Positions 13,317 through 25,186 of a stretch of DNA of 64,000 nucleotides are shown piece by piece. How positions within the stretch are numbered: the first letter of the stretch is position 1; each line of letters starts with the position of its first letter. A model generated the notes under the pieces. The model did no database searches, had not been told where the DNA came from, and saw only the letters and a program-made list of their open reading frames with translations. Made by a program: the position numbers and the translations under genes. Source of the stretch: Malacoraja senta (Eukaryota); assembly GCA_038087875.1 (NCBI GenBank), contig CM075989.1:23562001-23626000 (forward strand), given 5' to 3'.

Positions 13317-14231
13317 TGTTAGCTGTGAGGAGGATGCTAGGAGACTGCAAGGTGACTTGGATAGGCTGGGTGAGTGGGCAAATGTTTGGCAGATGCAGTA
13401 TAATGTGGATAAATGTGAGGTTATCCATTTTGGTGGCAAAAACAGGAAAGCAGACTATTTTCTAAATGGTGGCCGACTAGGAAAAGGGGAGATGCAGCGA
13501 GACCTGGGTGTCATGGTACACCAGTCATTGAAAGTAGGCATGCAGGTGCAGCAGGCAGTGAAGAAAGCGAATGGTATGTTAGCTTTCATAGCAAAAGGAT
13601 TTGAGTATAGGAGCAGGGAGGTTCTACTGCAGTTGTACAGGGTCTTGGTGAGACCACACCTGGAGTATTGCGTACAGTTTTGGTCTCCAAATCTGAGGAA
13701 GGACATTATTGCCATAGAGGGAGTGCAGAGAAGGTTCACCAGACTGATTCCTGGGATGTCAGGACTGTCTTATGAAGAAAGACTGGATAGACTTGGTTTA
13801 TACTCACTAGAATTTAGGAGATTGAGAGGGGATCTTATAGAAACTTACAAAATTCTTAAGGGGTTGGACAGGCTAGATGCAGGAAGATTGCTCCCGATGT
13901 TGGGGAAGTCCAGGACAAGGGGTCACAGCTTAAGGATAAGGGGGAAATCCTTTAAAACCGAGATGAGAAGAACTTTTTTCACACAGAGAGTGGTGAATCT
14001 CTGGAACTCTCTGCCACAGAGGGTAGTCGAGGCCAGTTCATTGGCTATATTTAAGAGGGAGCTAGATGTGGCCCTTGTGGCTAAAGGGATCAGAGGGTAT
14101 GGAGAGAAGGCAGGTACGGGATACTGAGTTGGATGATCAGCCATGATCATATTGAATGGCGGTGCAGGCTCGAAGGGCCGAATGGCCTACTCCTGCACCT
14201 AATTTCTATGTTTCTATGTTTCTATGTTTCT
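13317..14231 (+). mobile_element. Young 5'-truncated CR1 LINE (RT C-terminal/thumb region, open frame)
   Basis: Uninterrupted ORF VSCEEDARRLQGDLDRLGEWA...LVRPHLEYCVQFWSP...GYGEKAGTGY*; (TTCTATGT)n tail; probable TSD ATGTCTG. Confidence 0.92.
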
Positions 14232-14307
14232 ATGTCTGCTCATCGTGAAGTTGACGACAATATCTGCTGAAATATCAGAGTGAGGAAAATAATTATTCTA
14301 CTTAACA

Positions 14308-14740
14308 TATGATGAGCTTTTGACGGCACTGGGCCTGCATTCACTGAAGTTTAGAAGGATGACCGGGTCACCTCATTGAAAATTACCGAAAAATGAAAGG
14401 CCTGGATAGAGTGGATGTGGAGAGGATGTTTCCACTAGTGGGAGAGTCTAGGACTAGAGGTCATAGCCTCAGAATAAAAGGACATATCTTTAGAAAGGAG
14501 ATGAGGAGGAATTTCTTTAGTCAGAGGGTGAAGAATCTGTGGAATTCATTGCCACCGAAGGCTGTGGAGGCCAAATCAATGGATATTTTTAAGGCAGATA
14601 GATTTTTGATTAGTATGGGTGTCGGAGGTAATGGGGAGAAGGCAGGAGAATGGGGTTGAGAGGGAAAGATAGATCAGCTATGAGTGAATTGCAGAGTAGA
14701 TTTGATGGGCCGAATGGCCTAATTCTGGTCGTAGAACTTA
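14308..14740 (+). mobile_element. CR1 LINE 3' fragment (second subfamily)
   Basis: MKGLDRVDVERMFPLVGESRTRGHSLRIKG...NLWNSLP. Confidence 0.85.
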
Positions 14741-15387
14741 TTAATTTATGTACTGCTCTATACTACTCCAACAAATATAATTGTGATATAATTGGAAATA
14801 AGTGGGATATAACGATTGGGTGGGTATTCTATACACCTGAAGCAGAACTTGAATTACATATTGTAGATTGGTTATTGTATGTGAACCAATCATAATAGAA
14901 TAGCTAAATTAAGTTAAATATTAATATCAATTTAAGAATCCTTCCCAGCCACACATACATTTAACTGGCCCCTTCATCCATTCAAAAATGGTCATTCATT
15001 AAATACTGGTCGAGATGAAAGACGAAATTCTGGACATAACACTTGTCAAACATCCTGATTTGAACTAATTGTACACAAACAAAGCCTGCACGCATGTGGT
15101 GGGAGATTGTTCCACGGCAGTGAGATAGCTGGCTGGTAATTGCAGCGGCGTGGAGATAGAACGATATTCTGGCTCCCACCCACCGCATGATCGATGCTGA
15201 TAGAACCTCTCACCCAACATCCATCGGGGAGATCTGGCCTCAGGACAAGACAGTGAGTGACTGACGGGGATCGCTCACTCATTCACAGGGCAACACTGCT
15301 CCGGCGGGCACCTTGTCAACAACACCTGACTTGTGTGAGTCACAGTAACGTGATATATTGATTCAGGAACGGTGAACACCATCGCTG

Positions 15388-15722
15388 CAGAAGGAGGTTT
15401 CACGACCCGAAAAGTCACCCTTCATTCCTTCTCTCCAGAGACGCTGCCTGACCCGCTGAGTTACTCCAGCATTTTGTGTCTACAATCGGTGTAAACCAGC
15501 ATCTGCAGTTCCTTCCGACAACAAACCAAGCGAACGACACACAACACACAGCGAACCATGGATGTAAACGTGTAATCACCACCCCCCCTCCCCCCTCAAA
15601 CACAAGAAGGGTGCAATATATATTGAAGGTAGACACAAAATGCTGGAGTAACTCAGCGGGACAGGCAGCATCTCCGGAGAGAAGGAATGGGTGACGTTTC
15701 GGGTCGAGACCCTTCTTCAGAC
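15388..15722. mobile_element. Two oppositely oriented Penelope-like 3' repeats
   Basis: Plus copy ~15388-15515, minus copy ~15625-15722 with intact hammerhead-like core. Confidence 0.75.
15693..15720 (-). ncRNA. Putative minimal hammerhead ribozyme motif (PLE-type), sense to HDGFL3 intron 1
   Basis: Minus strand reads GGT-CTGAAGA-A-GGGTC TC GACCC-GAAACGTC-ACC: CUGANGA and GAAA cores, 5-bp stem II, palindromic ACGU stem III, GUC cleavage triplet, 3-bp stem I. Confidence 0.6.
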
Positions 15723-16339
15723 CAAAATATGATAGACAATAGACAATAGGTGCAGGAGTAGGCCATTCGGCCCTTCGAGCCAGCACCGCCATTCACTGTG
15801 ATCATGGCTGATCATCCCCAATCAGTACCCCGTTCCTGCCTTCTCCCCATATCCCCCGACTCCACTATCTTTAACAGCCCTATCTAGCTATGAGCGTTGC
15901 CGAGATATAATCCCCAACAGCGACTACTAACTGTAGGTGCCCTTGGTCCGGTTTTATTTACCGCCTCCCTCCTCGGCCCGTGTGGGACTGGGTCACATCC
16001 ACATGGATGCCTGGAATCCCCTCTGGTCATTTGCCCAGCGACCGGCCCTTCACCTCGGCCACGAAAGAAAGAGCAGGTCGCCAGCCTAGTCATGAGCGGC
16101 CGCTGGGACCATCCCCCGCCTCCCATTCTCCAACCCATGTTAAAACAAAACCAGCCCTTGCATCGGCCTTGCTTTCTTGTGGCGGCCAATTATATATTTT
16201 CATATGAGGTGGTTATATAACCCGGTGGAACTAAGCGGCCTACACTCACTCACTCACTGACTGGCAGCGCAGGTAATAGATAGACTACCTGGTGGTTTGT
16301 TTCATGGCGTTAACATTAAACACACACACACACACACAC

Positions 16340-16996
16340 GGCAAACATGTCAACGGCGGCTCCTCCCGGCCCGATCCCCGGCCCCATTCCCCACCCACCC
16401 ACCCACCCACCCACTCACTCACTCACCCGGGCCGGCCAGTGCGGATACCCCTTCATCTTGGCGAACACCAGGTCTCCAGCCTTGTAGTCTCTCGGCCGCG
16501 GTCGAGCCATTGCTGCCCGTCGCTCTGCCCCTGCCCCTGCCCCTACCCCTGCCCCTGCCCCTGCCCCCTCCCCGACCCCCGCCACCTCCGCCTGCAGCCC
16601 GCGATCCGACCCACAGACCGACACCCGCCTCCGGAGCCGGCGGGACGTGGAGGAGTGGGGAGGGGGGGAGAGAAGGGCAGCGAGCGGGAGGCAAGGAAGG
16701 CAGGCAGGCAGGCAGGCCCCGGGATCAACACCTCCCTCCCACCTTATTTGTGTTTTTGTTTTTTTAAATGATCGCACTTCTCCAATTCTCCCTCCCTCCC
16801 TCCCTCCCTCCACCCCTCGCTTCACGATCCCCGTCCTCGAACGCGAGTCGTGCCCCGGACTCCCAGACCCTCCCGGACCGCGGACACCTCCCCCCGCTCC
16901 CTCCCTCCCTCCCTGCCGTCGGCGGCGGCGACTGCTCCACGGCGCTCACACCCCCCCGACCCAACCCGGCAACACGGCCGGCCGGCAGGCACTCGC
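16340..16996 (-). promoter_or_regulatory. CpG island / promoter and 5'UTR of the HDGFL3-like gene
   Basis: Very GC- and CpG-rich segment surrounding and upstream of the first coding exon, in an otherwise CpG-poor background. Confidence 0.8.
16427..16510 (-). CDS. HDGFL3: Coding exon 1 of an HDGF-family PWWP-domain gene (HDGF-related protein 3 / HDGFL3-like)
   Basis: ATG at 16510; 84 nt encode [28 protein letters not shown] (PWWP signature GYPHWPAR), followed by a canonical GTGAGT donor in phase 0. The N-terminus [15 protein letters not shown] matches HDGFL3 rather than HDGF/PSIP1/HDGFL2. Exon 2 (IDELPEGAVKPP...) was not found in 1-16426. Confidence 0.88.
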
Positions 16997-17565
16997 TGCC
17001 TCTCCTCTCTTCTCCTCCCCTCCCTCTACCCTCTCCTTCCCTCTCCTCTCCTTCCCCTCTCTCCTCTCCTCTCCTTCCCTCTCCTCCCCTTCCCCCTCTC
17101 TCCTCTCCTCTCCTTCCCCCTCTCTCCTCTATCCTCTCCTTCCCTCTCCTCTCCTTCCCCCTCTCTCCTCTCCTCTCCTTCCCTCTCCTCTCCTTCCCTC
17201 TCCTCTCCTCTCCTCCCCGCCCCTCTATCCCCTCCTTCCCCCTCTCTCCTCTCCTTCCCCCTCTCTCCTCTCCTTCCCCCTCTCTCCTCTCCTTCCCCCT
17301 CTCTCCTCTCCTCCCCACGCTCTCCTCTCCTTTCCCCTCTCTTCTCTCTTACTCCCCCTCCTATCGCCTCTCTCCTCACCTCTCCTCTCCTCTCCTACCC
17401 CCTCTCCCCTACCACCTCTCCCCTCACCTTTCCTACCCCCACCTACCCTCTCGTATCCCCTCTCCCCTCCCTATCCCCTCTTTTCTCCTCCTCTCTCCTT
17501 TCACCCCTCCTCTCCTCTCTCTTTCCCTCTTCTGTCCCCTCCTCTTCTCCTCTCTCTCCCCCCTC
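16997..17565. repeat. Polypyrimidine (CT-rich) low-complexity tract
   Basis: ~570 bp almost entirely C/T on + strand (CTCTC/CTTCCC units); the source of spurious Pro/Ser/Leu and Arg/Gly/Glu ORFs. Confidence 0.95.
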
Positions 17566-18387
17566 CAGCCTCAAACACCAACCTCGCGTTTCACCTTTAT
17601 CTTTATTCAATGCATCATATACAATTCCCAGGGAGAATAAAGTATCCGAGGCAAAGAGTTACTTTTATTGGCAACATGTTTAAGAAAGAACTGCAGATGC
17701 TGGAAAAATCGAAGGTAGACAAAAAAGGTGGAGAAACTCAGCAGGTGAGGCAGCATTATAGATCATAGACGCTGCCTCCTCACCCGCTCAGTTTCTCCGG
17801 CTTTTTAGTCTACCTTTTATTTCTAACATGCATATTTTTACTCCACCTCCAGGAAGTTCACTCGCTGCCCTAATAATAATAATAATGAGAATGGTGACTG
17901 CTCCAACCGCCAAGAGGTAATGGGTTATTATTTTCTTTCTCTTTCCTCGCCCCTTACGTGGAAATCCTCGTGGATAGCATCAATAATAACCGAGGCTTGT
18001 GTTTACAAAAGAGAAAACAACAACTATTGTTTGTTCATGTCTGACTGGCCAAGGAAGCGATGTTTACACAGGCGTTGCAATTAAAACATAAAAAAGGCAC
18101 CGCTCGCAGTTCAAGACTCGGGATGAGGGGAACCTCATCGCTGCACTACCAGGGGCCAATTGAACGAAGTGCGTGTCTCGCTCATACAGGGGGGGAACAA
18201 AAACTCTGGCGATTCCAACTCATTTTTGTTTGCACTGGAATTATCCAATCGTTTGAATTAAACAAAATGAAGGATGTACGGTTGAAACCTTGTATCGGCC
18301 AATTTCAATTAAAAAAATGTAATGCAGTAAGATCAGTTCTGAGGAAGGATCGTTGTCATAAGATCATAAGACATAGGAGCAGAATTA

Positions 18388-19040
18388 CATGTTACTTGGA
18401 GAGAGTTTGGTCATGGCTCAAATCAACTCCGACCCCAACAAGATGCTGGTCACAACAGGTCAACAGAGGATGCGATCTCACTGGCTTTCCACTCTACACT
18501 GGACCACTGGGACAATGTAAACACACACTTCAGGCTGTTGTTCATAGACCACAGGTTGGAGCTCAACACAGTCGTGACTTCCAAACGAGGTTAACAAGCT
18601 TGACAGAACTGGGGCTCTATCCCCCCCTGCAATTGGATCTGGGACTTCCTCACCAACAGACCACAATCTGTGCCAATTGGCAGCAACACTTCCTCCTCAA
18701 TGACCATCAGTACAGGATCTCCTCAAGGCTGCGTGCTCAGCCCCCTGCTATACTCACTCTATACTCACGACTGTGTAGCCGGACACAGTGCCAACTCCAG
18801 CTTCAAGTTCGCCGACGACACCACCATTGTTGGACGAATCACAGATGATGAGTGGGTCAGAGTATAGAAGGCAGATCGATCGACTGACCTATTGGCGCCA
18901 AAACAACAACCTTGCAAACAACATCAGTAGAACCAAGGGACTGATTATTGACTTTAGAAGAAGAAGGAAGGCTGAGGATCCACAAACCTGTCTTCGTGAT
19001 GGGACTGTGGTGGAGAAAGTCAACAACTTCAAATTTGTCA
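18388..19040 (+). mobile_element. Degenerate Rex1/Babar LINE RT fragment
   Basis: [22 protein letters not shown]...[10 protein letters not shown]; frameshifted. Confidence 0.85.
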
Positions 19041-19114
19041 ATAATCCATGTCTTTTCATAGCAATCATGCCTATTATTGTACCAGTCTATCATTTGAGCT
19101 ATTAATGTCCAGTG

Positions 19115-19450
19115 GAGTCATAGAGTGATACAGCGTGGAAACAGGCCCTTCGGCCCAAGTTGCCCACACTGGCCAACATGTTCCAGCTACACTCGTCCCA
19201 ACGGCCCACGTTTGGCCTATATCCCTCCAAACCTGTCCTATCCATGTACCTCTCTAACTGATTCTTAAACATTGGGATAGTCCCTGCCTCATCTTCCTCC
19301 TCTGGCAGCTTGTTCCATACACCCACCGCCCTTGGTGTGAAAATAGACCCCTCAGGTTCCTATTAAATCTTTACCCCTTCACTTTAAACCTATATCGTCT
19401 GGTCCTCGGTTCACCTCCTCTGGGCAAGAGACTTTTGGCATCTACCCTAT
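19115..19450 (-). mobile_element. CR1 LINE 3' fragment
   Basis: GVWNKLPEE..EAGTIPMFKNQLERYMDRTGLEGY. Confidence 0.8.
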
Positions 19451-19567
19451 CATCCTCCCAGTAGCTTAATTACTAACAACAAAAAAGGATTCCTGGTTGC
19501 ACATATATACAATTTCAGACTGTTTTTAAATTCAGTCTGACAGCCTTTTATATAAGCCAGACATTGA

Positions 19568-19767
19568 NNNNNNNNNNNNNNNNNNNNNNNNNNNNNNNNN
19601 NNNNNNNNNNNNNNNNNNNNNNNNNNNNNNNNNNNNNNNNNNNNNNNNNNNNNNNNNNNNNNNNNNNNNNNNNNNNNNNNNNNNNNNNNNNNNNNNNNNN
19701 NNNNNNNNNNNNNNNNNNNNNNNNNNNNNNNNNNNNNNNNNNNNNNNNNNNNNNNNNNNNNNNNNNN
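19568..19767. other. Assembly gap (200 N)
   Basis: Run of N. Confidence 1.
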
Positions 19768-20048
<281 letters not shown>

Positions 20049-20171
20049 TTAGTTAGACTAGGGCGGTATCAAAGGGGATTTGTGACAAGTCAGGCGGATG
20101 GCAGACACAAGTCAGGTGGATGGCAGCCACAGTTTTAATATAATATAGATAGTATGCAATAGTAGTGCAAT

Positions 20172-20490
20172 AGATGTTTCCACTAGTGGGAGAGTCTCAG
20201 ACCAGTCAGCATAAAAGGACATAGCTTCAGAAAGGAAATGAGGAGAAATGTCTTTAGTCAGAGGGTGGTGAATCTGTGGAATTCACTGCCACAGAAGGCA
20301 GAGGAAGTCAAGTCAATGAATATGTTTAAGCTAGAGATTGATAGATTCTTGATTAGTAAGGGTGTCCGGGGTTATGGGAGAAGGTAGGAGAATGGGGTTG
20401 TGAGGTAGAGATAGTTCAGCCATGATTGAATGGCAGAGTAGACTTGATGGGTTGAATGGCCTAATTCTGCTCCTGTCACTTATGAACTTG
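20172..20490 (+). mobile_element. CR1 LINE 3' fragment
   Basis: Same subfamily as 14308-14740. Confidence 0.8.
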
Positions 20491-21562
20491 CTTACATCAA
20501 ACCACACCTCCACATTGAAATTGTAAGAATCTGCCGATGTCATCGGTTCTGAAAGATACTTACATTTGTATTAATATATCTGGTTTGTCAACCTCACTGC
20601 AATCACAGTACTAAAATAAATGATCAGTACTTTCTAAAAAAAAAAGAATTTTCATTGAATTTAAATTGGGTTATTCAAATGTAGTGGAGTTGACAGCCTT
20701 ATTTGAATTCATATTTTTAATGCTAAACCCATAATATAATTAATGATAGAATAATACTATAATAACAGCATAATAGAACAATGTCAGGAAAACACAATCA
20801 TAAATGTAAAAGAAAACTTGGAGGTGAAAAGGGACAATTAAATGTGATGATAGAATTCTGTTGTTGCTCCCAGCTTGTACACAGTGTTTATTTTTACTTG
20901 GTCAATTTATGATTTTTCCATTGTCTGCTTGTTTCTGTCCCCATCTCATGGATAGGCAAGTGACAAACATCTGTTTAGCTTAAGATAGACACAAAATGCC
21001 AGAGTAACTCAGCAGGACAGGCAGCTTCTCTGGAGAGAAGGAATGGGTGACGTTTCAGGTCGAGACCCTTCTTCAGACTGTCCATTTAGTCCCTTTCTAC
21101 CCATTTAGTTTACTTTAGTTTAGAGATACAGCGCGGACACAGGCCCTTCGGCCCAAGAGTCCAGGCCAACCAACGATCACCCTGTACACTTGTTCTATCC
21201 TACGCACTCGGGACAATTTACAGAAGCCAATTAACCTACAAATCGGCATGTCTTTGGAGCAGCACCTATCACCTATCCATGCTCTCCAGAGATGCTACCT
21301 GTTTTACTGAGGAACTCTAGCATTTTGTGGTCTTTTGTAACTCCCTTACACTGTTGATTGGAACCATGATAATGTTACCATTCTAGGCATTGCCACAGAG
21401 AGGGTCTGTGATTAAATGCTAACAGAGTAAAGGATTCTCAATCCCCAAATGAGTTGCAAAATGGAAAGGGGTTAATGGGGTGATATGGACCTAAATTTGT
21501 GAACACTGCCCAGTCCATCACCAGCACTGACCTGCCCACCATGGAAGGGATTTACTGCAATC

Positions 21563-23325
21563 TAGAGATGGCCATCAAGGCGGTGCTCCCTGCCGATCAC
21601 CAGCCCCTCACACTCACCCCCTACGATGTGTACGTGGCACTGAGTAGGACTAATGCACGTAAGGCTGCTGGCCCTGACGGCATCCCCGGGCGCGTCCTCA
21701 GGGCCTGTGCTGCGCAGCTGACAGACGTCTGGACTCACATCTTCAACCTGTCACTTGCCCAAGCAGTTGTGCCCACGTGCCTTAAAACCAGCTCCATCGT
21801 GCCGGTGCCAAAACACTCCACTGCGGCAAGCCTCAACGACTTCCGCCCAGTTGCACTTACTCCCATCATCACCAAGTGCTTCGAGAGGCTGGTCCTGGCA
21901 CACCTCAAAGGCTGCCTACCCCCCACATTGGATCCCTATCAGTTTGCCTACAGCAAGAACAGGAGTACAGAGGATGCCATCTCAACGGCACTTCACTCCG
22001 CCCTCTCCCACCTCGACAACAGAGACACTTACGTAAGAATGCTGTTCATCGATTACAGCTCAGCATTCAACACCATCATACCCTCTAAACTGATCACCAA
22101 ACTCAGTGACCTGGGCATCGACCCCTCCCTCTGCAACTGGATACTGGACTTTCTAACCAACAGACCCCAGTATGTTAGGTTAGACAAGCACACCTCTTCA
22201 ACCCTCACCCTGAACACCGGCGTTCCACAGGGCTGTGTGCTGAGCCCCCTCCTCTACTCCCTCTTCACCTATGACTGCACACCTGTACATGGTACTAACA
22301 CCATCATCAAGTATGCAGATGATACAACGGTGATTGGCCTCATCAGCAACAACGATGAGTCGGCCTATAGGGAGGAGGTCCAACTCCTAGCAGCATGGTG
22401 CGCTGACAACAACCTGGCCCTTAACTCCTAGACTTCCTGAAGTCATTGTAGACTTCAGGAAGTCTAGGGGCGGCACGCACACCCCCATCCACATTAACGG
22501 GACGGAGGTGGAACGTGTTTCCAGCTTCAGGTTCCTGGGGGTAAACATCTCCGATGACCTCTCTTGGACCCACAATACCTCAACTCTGGTTAAGAAGGCT
22601 CACCAGTGTCTCTTCTTCCTGAGGAGACTAAAGAAGGTCCATCTGTCTCCTCAGATTCTGGTGAACTTCTACCGCTGCACCATCGAGAGCATCCTTACCA
22701 ACTGCATCACAGTATGGTATGGCAACTGCTCTGTCTCCGACCGGAAAGCACTGCAGAGGGTGATGAAAACTGCCCAACGCATCACCGGTTCCTCACTCCC
22801 CCCCATGCAGCACGTCCCCCCTCTCCACGTCGCTGATCGATCCAAAGGAACAGCAGGGCCGTTACAGTTTGGCACCAGCGCCGTCGCAGGAGCTGCCAAA
22901 GCGAGGTTGTAGACAACGACGAACTGCCTTAGGGGCTCCGACTCCGGATTTTCTTGAGGTTTACTCCAGGAGCCTTTTCCATGACTGGATATGGCCACAA
23001 GGCAGTGGAGGTTTTAAATCAGAGTATTCCCTCTCCTTGATGGACTGCCTTCCCAGGCTGACGAGCCCCATCTGCCCGAGACTCGTGGGGGCGGGAGCGT
23101 CTACCTTCCCGTGCAGGTCTATAGCACCTGCCCACTGTATATATATATATATATATGTGTGTGTGTATTTGTGAGTATGTATGTATACACAATCTGAACC
23201 GTTTTTCTCTTGTTTATTATAGTGTTTACAGTGTACGATGTCTACATATTCTGTTGTGCTGCTGCAAGTAAGAATTTCATTGTTCTATCTGGGACATGAC
23301 AATAAAACACTCTTGACTTGACTCT
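21563..23325 (+). mobile_element. 5'-truncated Rex1/Babar LINE with RT domain (pseudogenised)
   Basis: [67 protein letters not shown]; stop/frameshift at 22429; continues in ORF 22508-; 3'UTR with AATAAA and (CTTGA)n tail at ~23300. Confidence 0.92.
22805..23133 (-). mobile_element. Foreign insert resembling an RTE-clade 5'UTR fragment
   Basis: Minus strand GGGCTCGTCAGCCTGGGAAGGCAGTCCATCAAGGAGAGGGAATACTCTGATTTAAAACC resembles a motif I recall from RTE 5'UTRs; replaces the Rex1 C-terminus. Confidence 0.45.
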
Positions 23326-25186
23326 TCATTGTGTGGAAAAAGCTGGAATAGTCAGCAAATCAGGCAGCGTTGTTAGAAAGAGGCACTCTGTGTCTATCTT
23401 TACTATCTCAGAAAGCAAGTTAACAATTTCAGCAGCGAGAGTCAAAATACAGGTAAGTCAAAATGCAGTAACCTGATAGTTGAGCTCCTAACAAATACAG
23501 GAATGTATGTCATAAACTAACACAGTTATAGAAACAAAGTGTCAATGTGGCAAAGAGAGCAAGAGTGTTTCACACTCGCAACAACAAAAGGGTTTAAATA
23601 TTTTAATAGCAATAAGTTGCTTTTTGCTACTGCAAACAAAATACACTACAGGCTAAATGTTTCAATGTTAAACAGTGTATCATTGTACAAGTGTCAATAG
23701 AAGCGATCGCCTGTCAATTTCAGTGACCACCAATGTTCAAGTAGCAGATAGACACAAAAAGCTGGAGTAACTCAGCGAGACAGGCAGCATCTCTGGAGAG
23801 AAGGAATGGGTGACGTTTCAGGTCGAGACCCTTCTTCAGACTGGCGCTTCAAGTAGCTTCAAGTAGCAGCTATTTTCTTAAAAGACAGTGGCATCTGATT
23901 ACTGTGGGAGGTTGCAGGGAAAAGGTTACATGGACATTTTATTTTTGTCAGAGACATTTTACCCTGAAGCCAACATTTTTTTTCTGATTGTCAATTTCCA
24001 ACATGGCTTTTAAGTGGTTCCCTGTTCATGAGTGAGATCAGATTATAATCAATTCGGTTTGCCCTACACAGATAATGTTGGAAGGAACTGCAGATATGAA
24101 GAAGGGTCTCAACCCGAAACGCTGCTGTTCCTTTTCTCCAGCGATGCTGCCTGACCCGCTGAGTTACTCCAGCACTCTGTGAAATGTCACCTATCCATGT
24201 TCTCCACAGATGCTGCCTGACCCGCTGAGTTACTCCAGCTTTTTGTGTCTAATAACTAATACAAATAATGTTTCCTAATTCATCAGAATACAAGAAACTG
24301 CAGATGCTGATTTACACAAAAGGACACAAAGTGCTGGAGTAACTCAGCGGGGCAGGCAGCATATCTGGAGAACATGGATAGATGACGTTTTGGGTCGGAA
24401 TGCTTCAATCATTCTGAAGAAGAAAGGCCCTGACCTGAAACATCACCTACTCATACTCTCCAGAGATGCTGCCTGACCCGCTGAGTTACTCCAGCACTCT
24501 GTGTCTTTTTTCCCCCTAATTCACCACTTGATTTATATACAATTCATGTCAGGGACACATGTTCTAGCGGGGCTAACTGTATCTCAAATAACAGTAAAGC
24601 ACCTGGTCAGGTGTTTGTGTTGAAGGTCTTTTCCATTTACAGAGTATAGGTTGTTAATGGTTTCAGGAATCAGGCAGCATGGCCTTTGCGTGTGTGGTGA
24701 ATACTGTCTGCTGTTCACACTTCAACCAAAAATAGATGACATTTCTTTCTGAGTCTCCTGTCCAAGATATTTAAATGGCCGAAGTGGGGCAGGAGGCAGA
24801 GGAGGGGTTGTGCTGCTGAGAATGTATGTGTTGGATAGGTAGGCTTAATAAGAACAGATCAGAACCTCAACTCCCTGTAACTGAAACCCTCTAATCCAGG
24901 CAACATTCTGGTAAACCTTCTCTGCCCCCTCTCCAAAGCCTCCACATCCTTCCTGTAATGGGGGCGACCAGAACTGCATGCAATACTCCAACTCCCTGTA
25001 ACTGAAACCCTCTAATCCAGGCAACATTCTGGAGCACATGGAGAAACCCAGGCAGAATGTGCAAACTCCACACAGACAGTGCCAGAGGTCAGGATCAAAC
25101 CCGGGTCTCTAACGCTGTGAGGGAACAGATCTACCAGCTGCATCACTGTATTACTGTGAATGATAATGTTTCATCTTAATACACAA

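Noticed and set aside
16511..16825. In-frame non-AUG N-terminal extension of HDGFL3
   Set aside because: An open frame is expected in GC-rich UTR; the peptide is low complexity (GAGAGA) and the AUG matches the known family start
16292..17768. Many long overlapping ORFs (up to 373 aa)
   Set aside because: Products of GC-rich and CT-rich low-complexity DNA; only the 28-codon PWWP exon has a recognisable protein and splice site
18060..18848. 262-aa ORF near the promoter
   Set aside because: Chance read-through from unique DNA into an out-of-frame Rex1 relic
21499..21562. N-terminus of the 310-aa RT ORF as a genuine start
   Set aside because: The first ~20 codons ([18 protein letters not shown]) are a separate Rex1 C-terminal fragment fused by chance to a 5'-truncated copy
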